A stretch of 58,491 bases of DNA from a virus (Duplodnaviria > Caudoviricetes): IMG/VR virus record IMGVR_UViG_3300027659_000039, positions 1 to 58,491 of that record; one strand, 5' to 3'. The position numbers and the translations under genes were made by a program. Below the pieces are notes generated by a model, which saw nothing but the letters and a program-made list of their open reading frames with translations, did not search any database and was not told the origin of the DNA. Numbering within the stretch: position 1 is the first letter of the stretch; each line of letters opens with the position of its first letter. Shown piece by piece: positions 1 through 7,994 of the stretch.

Positions 1-36
1 TTTGAGAGCATTGAATTGGCAGAACGTTTAAACTAA
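1..36 (+). CDS. 3' end of a truncated upstream ORF (FESIELAERLN*)
   Basis: Frame open from base 1 to TAA at 34-36, directly before the RBS of the next gene. Confidence 0.4.
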   Translation, partial: FESIELAERLN

Positions 37-45
37 GGAGCGAAC

Positions 46-231
46 ATGAAGATCACAATCACAATCCCCAAAGAAGCAGTTGAAGCAGTCAAGAGCATGG
101 CCAAAGAGGTCTCGGGCAAGAAGCCCTCCAAAGAACAGCTGGCCGAGTTCTTCACACAGGACATTGAGGGCCTGTACGGCGACCTCTTTGATGAGGGCAT
201 TGACGATGCAGTTGAATGCTATTTTGGTTGA
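46..231 (+). CDS. small hypothetical early protein with acidic C-terminus
   Basis: AAGGAG RBS upstream; 61-aa ORF; stop overlaps the -35 box of the next promoter. Confidence 0.75.
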   Translation: MKITITIPKEAVEAVKSMAKEVSGKKPSKEQLAEFFTQDIEGLYGDLFDEGIDDAVECYFG

Positions 232-256
232 CAGCCCTACATTTCGGTGCTATAAT
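228..256 (+). promoter_or_regulatory. sigma70-type early promoter
   Basis: TTGACA (228-233), 17 bp, TATAAT (251-256), with extended -10 TG. Confidence 0.9.
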
Positions 257-289
257 ACACACATAGACAGCAACAAACAGGAGCGAACA

Positions 290-676
290 ATGGAAGCATT
301 ACAGACTTGGGAAGAGATGACAGTATTAGAGCAGTATGCCTGCCAGTACTGGGACATGTACAAGGATGCCTATGGCGTTCGCCCTCGCTGGATTGACACC
401 ACTCAGTGGACCGAAGAGCAGTTTGAAGCAGAGTTTGCTTCACTGGCTACTGCCATTGAGCAGGCTGAGGTTGAACGCAAGGCCGCTGAAGCTGAGGCTA
501 TGCATGCCTTTGAAATGCGAGTGCAGGGTCTGTTGATGTCGGGTGCCAATGATCGTGCGATGGCCCTGCGTTGGGTACACGAAGCAGAGGGTAGCAACGG
601 TGATGACGACTACCTCTGCTACCTCGTTGGCTTGCCCTACGGTTATTTCCGTTCGGTTGACAGGGTTATTGTTTGA
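290..676 (+). CDS. hypothetical phage early protein (YWDMYKDAYGVRPR motif)
   Basis: Start reassigned to ATG 290 behind CAGGAG RBS and the promoter; in frame with track ORF 80..676. Confidence 0.8.
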   Translation: MEALQTWEEMTVLEQYACQYWDMYKDAYGVRPRWIDTTQWTEEQFEAEFASLATAIEQAEVERKAAEAEAMHAFEMRVQGLLMSGANDRAMALRWVHEAEGSNGDDDYLCYLVGLPYGYFRSVDRVIV

Positions 677-685
677 GCATATAAT
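657..685 (+). promoter_or_regulatory. sigma70-type early promoter
   Basis: TTGACA (657-662), 17 bp, TATAAT (680-685). Confidence 0.9.
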
Positions 686-713
686 ACACACATACACAAA
701 CAAAGGAATGAAC

Positions 714-905
714 ATGAGTACAATCGCTTACAGAATCATAATGGCGCTCTTGTTGGCTTACATCGGTATCGGTGTGTATGCCGCGGTTACCTACATGAAT
801 ACCCCGCAGACCTGCATCAACGGCATCGTTATGCAACCCAAAGGCGACATGATGGTTCAGTCAGGACTGTTGCCCGCACACTGTATGCCTATCAGCAGGG
901 ACTGA
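714..905 (+). CDS. small hypothetical membrane protein
   Basis: AAAGGA RBS; N-terminal hydrophobic helix (IIMALLLAYIGIGVYAAV); start 708 or 714. Confidence 0.7.
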   Translation: MSTIAYRIIMALLLAYIGIGVYAAVTYMNTPQTCINGIVMQPKGDMMVQSGLLPAHCMPISRD

Positions 906-906
906 C

Positions 907-1092
907 ATGGTAACCATTGACCCTACACTGAACTCCCTAGAGGTTCTAGTGGTAGCAGAACACCTAGAGCGCCGAGGTGTTACCCACTACACCCTAACCC
1001 AGGGCAACGACTGTATTTGGGCCTACTACGGTGTAATAAATGAGTATTACATCTTTAAGGCGGGTCTTTTGGTTGACGTCCGGATAGATTGA
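907..1092 (+). CDS. small hypothetical protein
   Basis: 61-aa ORF abutting the previous stop. Confidence 0.65.
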   Translation: MVTIDPTLNSLEVLVVAEHLERRGVTHYTLTQGNDCIWAYYGVINEYYIFKAGLLVDVRID

Positions 1093-1101
1093 CCTTATAA
1101 T
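1073..1101 (+). promoter_or_regulatory. sigma70-type early promoter
   Basis: TTGACG (1073-1078), 17 bp, TATAAT (1096-1101). Confidence 0.85.
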
Positions 1102-1134
1102 ACATACATGTTCAACGCACTAGAGGAAACGAAA

Positions 1135-1482
1135 ATGACTACAGCAACAGAATTCAACGCTCGCTTGGTACAAGACGCTTGCAACGAAGCAGGCATCCAA
1201 GCTCGTACAGCCAGCAAGGCTTTCTTTGATCGTCATGGCGATCGTGACGCTTGTGGCTTTGCTTGGGTTGATGTCTACGGTGTTCGCAGTAACAGCCGCT
1301 TGGGCAAGACACTGCAATCCTTTGGCTTCCGCAAGAGCTACACAGGTAGCCTGCAGTTATGGAATCCCAGCGGTGCGGCTACACAATCAGTCAGCATCCT
1401 GGAAGCTGGCGCCGATGCCTACGCAAAGGTCATTACAGAGAAACTGGGTGTCAAAGCCTACGCTGGCTCACGTTTGGACTAA
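1135..1482 (+). CDS. hypothetical phage protein (CGFAWV...SRLD)
   Basis: GAGGA RBS before ATG 1135; in frame with track ORF 1108..1482. Confidence 0.8.
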   Translation: MTTATEFNARLVQDACNEAGIQARTASKAFFDRHGDRDACGFAWVDVYGVRSNSRLGKTLQSFGFRKSYTGSLQLWNPSGAATQSVSILEAGADAYAKVITEKLGVKAYAGSRLD

Positions 1483-1491
1483 GGAATAGAC

Positions 1492-1683
1492 ATGAAAAAA
1501 TCAATGGGCTTTATCCTGCTGATGACCGCAATCTTTCTCATGTTGGGCGTGGAGGGCACAATCGAAACCCTGCCGCCCTATGCAGGAGTTCCGGAATGGA
1601 CGGTCCTGGGCTTATTCACCCTACTGGCCACAATAATCGGCCTGTTAGGCGTATCATACATCATGGAGAACAACAATGGTTGA
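1492..1683 (+). CDS. small two-TM membrane protein
   Basis: AAGGA RBS; two hydrophobic segments. Confidence 0.75.
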   Translation: MKKSMGFILLMTAIFLMLGVEGTIETLPPYAGVPEWTVLGLFTLLATIIGLLGVSYIMENNNG

Positions 1684-1921
1684 ATTAGAATTACAAGGAC
1701 TCAACAGCCGTCAACAGGTCCTGGCTGACATTCTTTGGCAACTAGAGGAATACGATGATGTCCAGGCATTCATCGCTACCCTGCCTGATCGTGAAGCCTG
1801 CGAGTGCGAATCAATCATCGAAATGATGAAGTTGGCCCTGGTTGAACAGTATGCCGAAGGCATGAAGGACCAAGTGCCCATGACCGAGGCACAACGACTG
1901 ATTGACAAAGTCCGTAAATAA
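1676..1921 (+). CDS. hypothetical protein
   Basis: GGAGA RBS; overlaps the upstream stop. Confidence 0.75.
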   Translation: MVELELQGLNSRQQVLADILWQLEEYDDVQAFIATLPDREACECESIIEMMKLALVEQYAEGMKDQVPMTEAQRLIDKVRK

Positions 1922-1930
1922 CAGTATAAT
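1902..1930 (+). promoter_or_regulatory. sigma70-type early promoter
   Basis: TTGACA (1902-1907), 17 bp, TATAAT (1925-1930). Confidence 0.9.
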
Positions 1931-1958
1931 AACATTTTTAACACACTAAGGAATAAAA

Positions 1959-2828
1959 ATGGCAAAAGCTAACATGAAACCCAGCGCCGTTACCCAAGTA
2001 CTTGAATTCGATACGGATGCGATCAAGCGCCGTGAGAAGGAAGTAGCTCGTGAGTCGGATCAAGAGATCCTGGATCGATTGGCAGAACGCTTTGACATCT
2101 TAACGGACATGACCAAGGCTGTCAAGTCGGGTGATGTACGTGCCATGATCGTGTCAGGTCCTCCGGGCGTGGGCAAGAGCTACGGTGTTGAAGCAGTACT
2201 GCAAAAGGACGGTCTGTTTGACACCTTGGCAGAACGCAAGCCACGCTATGAGATCGTCAAAGGCGCCATGTCAGCACTTGGACTCTACGCTAAACTCTAC
2301 GAGTTCTCCGCAGAGAAAAACGTTGTGGTCTTTGATGACTGCGACTCTGTGCTAATGGACGAGCTCAGCTTGAACATTCTTAAGGGTGCCTTGGACTCAT
2401 CAAAGAAGCGTTTCATTGCTTGGAACACTGACAGCCGCTTGCTCCGCAGTGAAGGCATTCCAGATCGCTTTGAGTTCAAAGGCTCTGCGATCTTTATCAC
2501 CAACATCAAGTTTGAGCACGTTAGATCTAAAAAGCTTCGCGATCACTTGGATGCATTGGAAAGCCGTTGCCACTACATTGACCTGCAGATGGACACCGAA
2601 CGTGAAAAGATGTTGCGCATACAGCAGGTGGTCAAAGAGAACGAGATGCTGGCTGACTACGAGTTTGAGCCCTGCATACAAGACGAGCTGATTGAGTTCG
2701 TAGTAGAGAACCAAGAGAAGTTGCGTGAGCTGAGCCTGCGCATGGTACTCAAGTTGGCCGATCTACGCAAGGCTTTCCCAGCCAACTGGAAGAGTCATGC
2801 CAAGACAACCTGCATGAAGCGAGCGTGA
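1959..2828 (+). CDS. AAA-type P-loop ATPase
   Basis: Walker A GPPGVGKS, Walker B VVVFDDCD, sensor-like FITN, ALESR arginine-finger-like motif. Confidence 0.85.
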   Translation: MAKANMKPSAVTQVLEFDTDAIKRREKEVARESDQEILDRLAERFDILTDMTKAVKSGDVRAMIVSGPPGVGKSYGVEAVLQKDGLFDTLAERKPRYEIVKGAMSALGLYAKLYEFSAEKNVVVFDDCDSVLMDELSLNILKGALDSSKKRFIAWNTDSRLLRSEGIPDRFEFKGSAIFITNIKFEHVRSKKLRDHLDALESRCHYIDLQMDTEREKMLRIQQVVKENEMLADYEFEPCIQDELIEFVVENQEKLRELSLRMVLKLADLRKAFPANWKSHAKTTCMKRA

Positions 2829-3073
2829 TACAACGACTTGCTCTATACAGTAGCCTAGGCCTGCTACTGGATGCTCTGGGCTACGGTGCTGGCACCGTAG
2901 TGTTCTGGAGTGTTGTGGCCCTGTTCTGGGCCAGCGATCACTTGGCCCGCATTGAGACCATAGAAGACTTTAGGTCCAGTCTACTTGATGCACTAGAACA
3001 GGCACGTGATGAGCTGGCACGAGCACAGGATAGACTAGAACAACTACAACAAGACCGCAAGGACACACAATGA
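2825..3073 (+). CDS. hypothetical membrane protein with C-terminal coiled coil
   Basis: GTGA overlap with the ATPase stop; hydrophobic N-half and heptad-like C-half. Confidence 0.65.
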   Translation: MIQRLALYSSLGLLLDALGYGAGTVVFWSVVALFWASDHLARIETIEDFRSSLLDALEQARDELARAQDRLEQLQQDRKDTQ

Positions 3074-3333
3074 CTAAGGACACACGTATAGACACCTGCC
3101 AGTACATAGGCACAGAGCAGGGCTATAGTAGACTACGGCCTACATGCACACACTCAGCACTAGCAGGGCGTAGCTACTGTGCAGAGCACATATACGTAGT
3201 CTATCAAAAGGGCACAGCACAGGGTCGACGCAAGAAGGATCAGCGTAGGGCACACTCATTGAGAGAGATCGTCAGCGACTTCAACGATGTCTACTCTGAA
3301 CTGCTGAACAGCGGAGAGATTGAAGACTCCTGA
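3070..3333 (+). CDS. small Cys/His protein resembling the GcrA C-terminal domain
   Basis: ATGA overlap; AAGGA RBS; CQYIG...C...GRSYCAEH...VYQ pattern. Confidence 0.6.
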   Translation: MTKDTRIDTCQYIGTEQGYSRLRPTCTHSALAGRSYCAEHIYVVYQKGTAQGRRKKDQRRAHSLREIVSDFNDVYSELLNSGEIEDS

Positions 3334-3363
3334 GGGGCCGGTGGGGCACCGGTGGGGGTGGGG
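3334..3363 (+). other. G-quadruplex consensus motif
   Basis: GGGG-ccggt-GGGG-caccggt-GGGGG-t-GGGG. Confidence 0.6.
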
Positions 3364-3369
3364 TAGTAT

Positions 3370-3403
3370 TGCTTGCTGTTGCTACTTGCGCAACAAGCAA
3401 GCA
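3370..3403. repeat. imperfect inverted repeat (hairpin)
   Basis: tgcttgctgttgc / 7-nt loop / gcaacaagcaagca, one bulge. Confidence 0.6.
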
Positions 3404-3637
3404 TGCCAAAAGTTCTCAAAGTTTTCTCAAAGTTTTCCTAATAATCGCCCCCCGTTAGATGTAATCACCAGCACCGTGGTTCTCATGGCCTCTTTTAATT
3501 TGCGCGGCAATATTTTTGCCCTGTGTATAGACCGGTCCCCCACAATAGACTATCTGCTGTACATATCAAGTGCGTCCCCATCAACTCCCGTCCATACACT
3601 AATGGTTCAATAAATATAGGCAAGGGCAGGGTATAAA

Positions 3638-3865
3638 ATGGCAACACAAATTAAATTAATACAAGACACGGCAGTTAATTGGACCAGTACTAATCCAATA
3701 TTGGATTCGGGTCAACAGGGAATAGAAATAGACACACTTAAAATCAAATACGGTGATGGAACTACAGCCTGGACTTTATTAGCATACAGTGCTGGTCATT
3801 TTGATTTTAGCGATAACTATGCCGACGACAGTAATTTTGTAACCTTAAGTGAGATGCAAAAATAG
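3638..3865 (+). CDS. stand-alone Mtd N-terminal-like (tail-fibre attachment) domain protein
   Basis: WTSTNPILDSGQQGIEIDTLKIKYGDGTTAWTLLAY matches the recalled Mtd_N/phage hyaluronidase N-terminal motif; TAAATA at 3611-3616. Confidence 0.7.
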   Translation: MATQIKLIQDTAVNWTSTNPILDSGQQGIEIDTLKIKYGDGTTAWTLLAYSAGHFDFSDNYADDSNFVTLSEMQK

Positions 3866-4026
3866 ATTCGACCATTTGAAATTTTTGCGCGGCCATTTTT
3901 ACACAGTGTGCCTAGTTCGGCCATTATCCAAGCAGATAATTAGGGTGATAAAAAATTTTGCGCTACCCCTACGGGGTTTGGCTCTCGGTTCCGATGCTAG
4001 TCTGCATTTTTAATTAAATATTTGTC

Positions 4027-4284
4027 ATGCGTATGCTCTATGATCGTTATCCGGAATTGCCCTATCGTGCGGCAGCACCGTGGCCCTTTGTGGAATATAA
4101 GGGCAATGTAGATTGGATTGCCAGTGTAGATCTAGTGGAGTCCTGGTTAGAACGATCTGTAGGTCATCATTGGGTACATTGGACTTGGAGCATGTACACA
4201 CTGGATCAGCAGAATCTATGCGGAGTCAGTTTCCTGCATCAGCGTAACTGCACATTATTTTTGCTCAAGTTTGGCACAGTATAA
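4027..4284 (+). CDS. small hypothetical protein (C-terminal F-x-L-K/R-aromatic family)
   Basis: TAAATA at 4015-4020; ends CTLFLLKFG like the ORFs at 11.2-11.8 kb. Confidence 0.7.
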   Translation: MRMLYDRYPELPYRAAAPWPFVEYKGNVDWIASVDLVESWLERSVGHHWVHWTWSMYTLDQQNLCGVSFLHQRNCTLFLLKFGTV

Positions 4285-4292
4285 ATATTATC

Positions 4293-4730
4293 ATGCCCAT
4301 ACAATTAAACTATTCTCTTCCCGTAGCAGGATCTACAGCTGATACACTCGATGTTTGGTCACTAGCACCCGATGATTTTTCAGTGGGAGTACACATTATA
4401 CACATTGAACTAGTTGACTCTCTTGTGGTTAATCAACAAGAGTTTCAGAAGGTTGTTAAGTCTATTACCTATAGAGTTGAGGTCAAGCATATAATTACAG
4501 ACGAAATTCGTGATTTTATAGATACTATGGTATTTGACCCGGACATGATACGTTCAGACTCATTTGTTGAATATGATCAAATTTCCTTGTCCACAGCAAA
4601 AAGATGGATATCGGCTACAACCATTAACAAATGTAATGATCTACAGACTCAGTTTGCCCAGGATATTAACCGTCGAGAAGAAGAGGCCGCTAGACAATCT
4701 CGTATTGTAATACCCAATTGGACCGATTAA
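4293..4730 (+). CDS. hypothetical protein
   Basis: 145-aa ORF; TATAAATA at 4280-4287. Confidence 0.7.
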   Translation: MPIQLNYSLPVAGSTADTLDVWSLAPDDFSVGVHIIHIELVDSLVVNQQEFQKVVKSITYRVEVKHIITDEIRDFIDTMVFDPDMIRSDSFVEYDQISLSTAKRWISATTINKCNDLQTQFAQDINRREEEAARQSRIVIPNWTD

Positions 4731-5221
4731 ATCTTTAGGGATTCAAACCAGACCTGACATTCGGGCCAGTTGCGGTATATGTGTGCCAGTCCACCAGCTT
4801 GAATCCATTCGGTACAGTTACTGGTACGATCATCTATTAGTATATCACCCGGCTTACAATGACGCCACTTGTCATGACTGAATGGTCCCAGGAACACGGG
4901 GATACCTTCAAAGTGTTCATGTGCCCACCATACTTTATCGCTGGCAGCATGGGGCATACTATAGTCGTGTGGCAGTGCTGTTAGAAAGAATAGTCCGTCT
5001 GCACGTCCATTTGCCACTGCATCACGGCAGTATTCAACCAGTTCGCCGGCGCCTTCTTTCACGGGCAAGTGGCGATAAAAATGGCTATCTTGTTTAACAC
5101 GATCCCAATCCTCTTGTGGGATGCGTTCGTTGTCTTTGTTCCAACGCATCTTGAGAAAGTCTTGGGCCGCAGAGTGCCAATCTGCTACTACATCGTCCAT
5201 GTCTAAATATATTGTTGTCAT
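4727..5221 (-). CDS. 5'(3')-deoxyribonucleotidase (HAD, NT5C-like)
   Basis: IYLDMDDV motif I, FLTA motif II, K...DILIDDR motifs III/IV; start moved to ATG 5221, 6 nt after a TTGTAT-17-TATACT promoter. Confidence 0.85.
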   Translation of the reverse strand: MTTIYLDMDDVVADWHSAAQDFLKMRWNKDNERIPQEDWDRVKQDSHFYRHLPVKEGAGELVEYCRDAVANGRADGLFFLTALPHDYSMPHAASDKVWWAHEHFEGIPVFLGPFSHDKWRHCKPGDILIDDRTSNCTEWIQAGGLAHIYRNWPECQVWFESLKI

Positions 5222-5266
5222 GCTAACAGTATACATGAACTGCTGGACAAATACAACAGGGACGGA

Positions 5267-5944
5267 TTAGACGCTGAGTTTTCTGTCTTCTAGCTCTAGA
5301 GTGGCCTGCATCAGCTGACCGATAACTCCAGAGTTTCTTAGAGTTTTAAACACCACGTTGGCTCGACCTAGTTCGCCAGTTTTAGACAGGCCTTCTTTGC
5401 GATATTTGCTCAATAGTTCTTTTATGGTTTTTAACCCTGCTAGGTCTTTATCCTGTACGGCCTGCGTGATCAATGTTACCCATGCTAGGCACACGCGGTC
5501 TATGTCTTGAGCAGGTTCTCGGTCAGGTTGGGTAGGTTTTTGTACCCAGGTATCTTTGAGTAGACTGTAGCTACTGCCTTTGACAGGACGGGCATGATCT
5601 TCAGCATAGCATTCCACGGGTATACCATGTACTGTGATATTATGACGTAGTTTCCATAATTTGCGCTTGGTATCAAACAATTCTTCTACAGGCTGGTCGC
5701 AGGTCACTGTATCGTAGGGTACTATAATATGCAGGTCCAAATCACTAAACCTTGTATAGGTGTAGGAACATTGACTTCCGGTAATTATGATATCTTTAAC
5801 TTCTACAGGTACTTCTAGGAATTTAAAAAATTCACGAGCAATCTTAAGCAATCCGTCACGAACTTTTGGCCTAAGGCTGTAGTTGTCCCATATGAGCGGA
5901 TTTAATGATGGGTGTAATTCTACACCTAGTTCTAAGTTCGACAT
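5267..5944 (-). CDS. DNA polymerase beta-superfamily nucleotidyltransferase
   Basis: IIITGS...SDLDLHI (GS plus DxD) and a third acidic residue in PVECY. Confidence 0.75.
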   Translation of the reverse strand: MSNLELGVELHPSLNPLIWDNYSLRPKVRDGLLKIAREFFKFLEVPVEVKDIIITGSQCSYTYTRFSDLDLHIIVPYDTVTCDQPVEELFDTKRKLWKLRHNITVHGIPVECYAEDHARPVKGSSYSLLKDTWVQKPTQPDREPAQDIDRVCLAWVTLITQAVQDKDLAGLKTIKELLSKYRKEGLSKTGELGRANVVFKTLRNSGVIGQLMQATLELEDRKLSV

Positions 5945-5951
5945 AACAAGA

Positions 5952-5968
5952 TATTTATCAGTTAAATA
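5952..5968. promoter_or_regulatory. back-to-back TAAATA late-promoter motifs
   Basis: TAAATA on - (5952-5957) and + (5963-5968), 7 and 5 nt from the respective ATGs. Confidence 0.65.
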
Positions 5969-5973
5969 CTACT

Positions 5974-6543
5974 ATGACCACAGAAAACTATAATGGACAC
6001 CTAATTGTTGCACAGCCTAAATGTATTAGTAATTTTTTTAATAAAAGTACCATATTAGTTGCTGTACACGCACACAACGGTGCCTGGGGTGTTATCACTA
6101 ATCGAGTGTTTAATAGGATGGAATCCGGCTTGGGCGTTATAATGAACCAGATTGGTATAGAATTTGACAATGTAGGTGATCACCCATTATATGTTGGCGG
6201 TCCTTTAGAAACTAACAGAATAAATGTTATTCACAGTTTAGATTGGGCAGGACCTAGCACAACAACAGTAACAGATCATATTGGAATAACCAGCGACCTG
6301 TCTGTGTTGGCCGCTATTGCAGGGCACCGAGGCCCTGAATATTTTAGGGCATGTGTAGGTATTTGCCGTTGGGGAGAAGGACAATTGGAGGGAGAAATGA
6401 GAGGTCTCCCTCCTTGGCTACCCGAGCATCGTTGGCTTCATGCTCCGGCCACAATGTCCAATGTATTTGACTTTACCGAACAGTTCCAATGGCAAAATGC
6501 CATTGTTGACGCGGCTAAAGAAACTACCAAAGAGTGGCTTTAA
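5974..6543 (+). CDS. YqgE/AlgH (DUF179) family protein
   Basis: GHLIVAQP...F...H..NGAWGVITNR, LYVGGP, HS, GICRWGEGQLEGE...W pattern. Confidence 0.85.
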   Translation: MTTENYNGHLIVAQPKCISNFFNKSTILVAVHAHNGAWGVITNRVFNRMESGLGVIMNQIGIEFDNVGDHPLYVGGPLETNRINVIHSLDWAGPSTTTVTDHIGITSDLSVLAAIAGHRGPEYFRACVGICRWGEGQLEGEMRGLPPWLPEHRWLHAPATMSNVFDFTEQFQWQNAIVDAAKETTKEWL

Positions 6544-7994
6544 TCTTTCTCAGAGTTTAGGCTTGCAAGCATTGTACGAATCTTAGCACTATCGGCAGTA
6601 CCTCGAATTTTTCCTATATTAATGCCCTGCGTGGGATCTGCAATTTCTCCAGTCTCGTGATCTACTGCATTGTTAACAGTACTTGTTTTCTTTAGATTTG
6701 CATAGATACTGCTAGTTTTTCCACCACCACTTTGAGTATAACTTCCCTGACTTTCTTCTTCACCTAGATCGGTAATTCTCAGTGTTTCCACGTTAAATTC
6801 TAGATCTACTTTTTGCCCAACACCACTCGAACTACGTGTCTTCATAAACTGAATCTGATAGCGTCCACGTTCTTTCATAGCACGGCTTGTAAAGATACCG
6901 ATGACATTATCTGCTGTCATAATCTTACTCAACCCGCCGCTAATATGACTGTGATCAAACTCGATTTCTTCAACAGCACTACGATTTAACTGTGACGCGG
7001 TAACTGTAATACATTGTGTCTCCATAGCCAAATTTCGAATCTCTTCTGACACATATTTGTCTTTTACAAACAAATCGCTGGGCGAGACCTTCACTGATAA
7101 AGGCATCATCAAATCCAGGTAATCTATTAAAATAACGTCTGGTTTCTGGCCAGTTTTGACCTGATATTCCTTCAAATAGGCTCGAATATCGTTACAATTT
7201 TTTCCCGACGGCATATACTTAACTTGAAGGTTTCCTGCCTTCTTACCTAACATTTTAACCTTTAGTTCCACATCGTCGATATTCTTAAAAATGTCGCGGG
7301 TTGTAATACCTGTCATCATAGAATCCAAACGCATTGATACTAATCCTTCACTAAGTTCAAATGTTAGATATATTACATTTAACCCTTGTAGCGCCCAGTT
7401 TACTCCTAGATTTGCAAGGAACAAACTCTTGCCCCCACCAGACCCTGCACAGAAAATATTCAACTCACCTCGGTTAAATCCACCATATAGTTTCTTGTCA
7501 ATGCTGGGCCAACCAGTACTAATCTGCCCGTTCCCGTCTTTAAGTTTAGTCAATCGTGCTCTAGGATCTTCAAAGTAATCTGTACCCATATCCTTGTTTA
7601 GACTAATCTGGATAGCGTCTTTGATCAGCTTTTCAACCGGACCGTAGTCGCCATCTTCTAGCAAATCGCTTGATTGAATAATAGCACGTTCTAAGCCTTT
7701 ATGTCGACTAAAATTTTCAAACTCGTCCATTAACCAGTCATAGTTCTCTTTGGGCAAACTAACTGATTGGAGGTCCTTGCCGCAGTTAGCGTTGACAATA
7801 TGAATGTCTGGTATTACCCTATACTCATCTGTATATGTCTTGATAAATTTTGCTGTATCTTGTAATCGTTGGTCAAAATTTTCTGGGTCAAAAATGTTTG
7901 CACAACGCATAAATGTTTCAGCATCGCTAAGAAACATTTCAATGTATAATTTTTGTACGTTAAAATCGTAATTGGGTTTTTCTTTTTTATTCAT
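6540..7994 (-). CDS. replicative DnaB-like helicase (T4 gp41-like)
   Basis: STGW..ID..LYGG, Walker A AGSGGGKS, LIDYLD, TASQLNR, KTR motifs. Confidence 0.92.
   Translation of the reverse strand: MNKKEKPNYDFNVQKLYIEMFLSDAETFMRCANIFDPENFDQRLQDTAKFIKTYTDEYRVIPDIHIVNANCGKDLQSVSLPKENYDWLMDEFENFSRHKGLERAIIQSSDLLEDGDYGPVEKLIKDAIQISLNKDMGTDYFEDPRARLTKLKDGNGQISTGWPSIDKKLYGGFNRGELNIFCAGSGGGKSLFLANLGVNWALQGLNVIYLTFELSEGLVSMRLDSMMTGITTRDIFKNIDDVELKVKMLGKKAGNLQVKYMPSGKNCNDIRAYLKEYQVKTGQKPDVILIDYLDLMMPLSVKVSPSDLFVKDKYVSEEIRNLAMETQCITVTASQLNRSAVEEIEFDHSHISGGLSKIMTADNVIGIFTSRAMKERGRYQIQFMKTRSSSGVGQKVDLEFNVETLRITDLGEEESQGSYTQSGGGKTSSIYANLKKTSTVNNAVDHETGEIADPTQGINIGKIRGTADSAKIRTMLASLNSEKD

Noticed and set aside
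80-289. N-terminal extension of track ORF 80..676
   Set aside because: Overlaps gene 46..231 and a consensus promoter; RBS supports ATG 290
3320-3613. 97-aa ORF across the boundary region
   Set aside because: TTG start without convincing RBS; runs through G-tracts, hairpin and repeats; treated as non-coding
3638-3865. Diversity-generating retroelement suggested by the Mtd_N-like domain
   Set aside because: No reverse transcriptase, no C-type lectin variable region and no adenine-specific TR/VR pair seen; the fibre repeats are identical or differ at mixed bases
3409-3975. Possible CRISPR-like mini-array
   Set aside because: Repeats are short, degenerate and irregularly spaced; no cas genes
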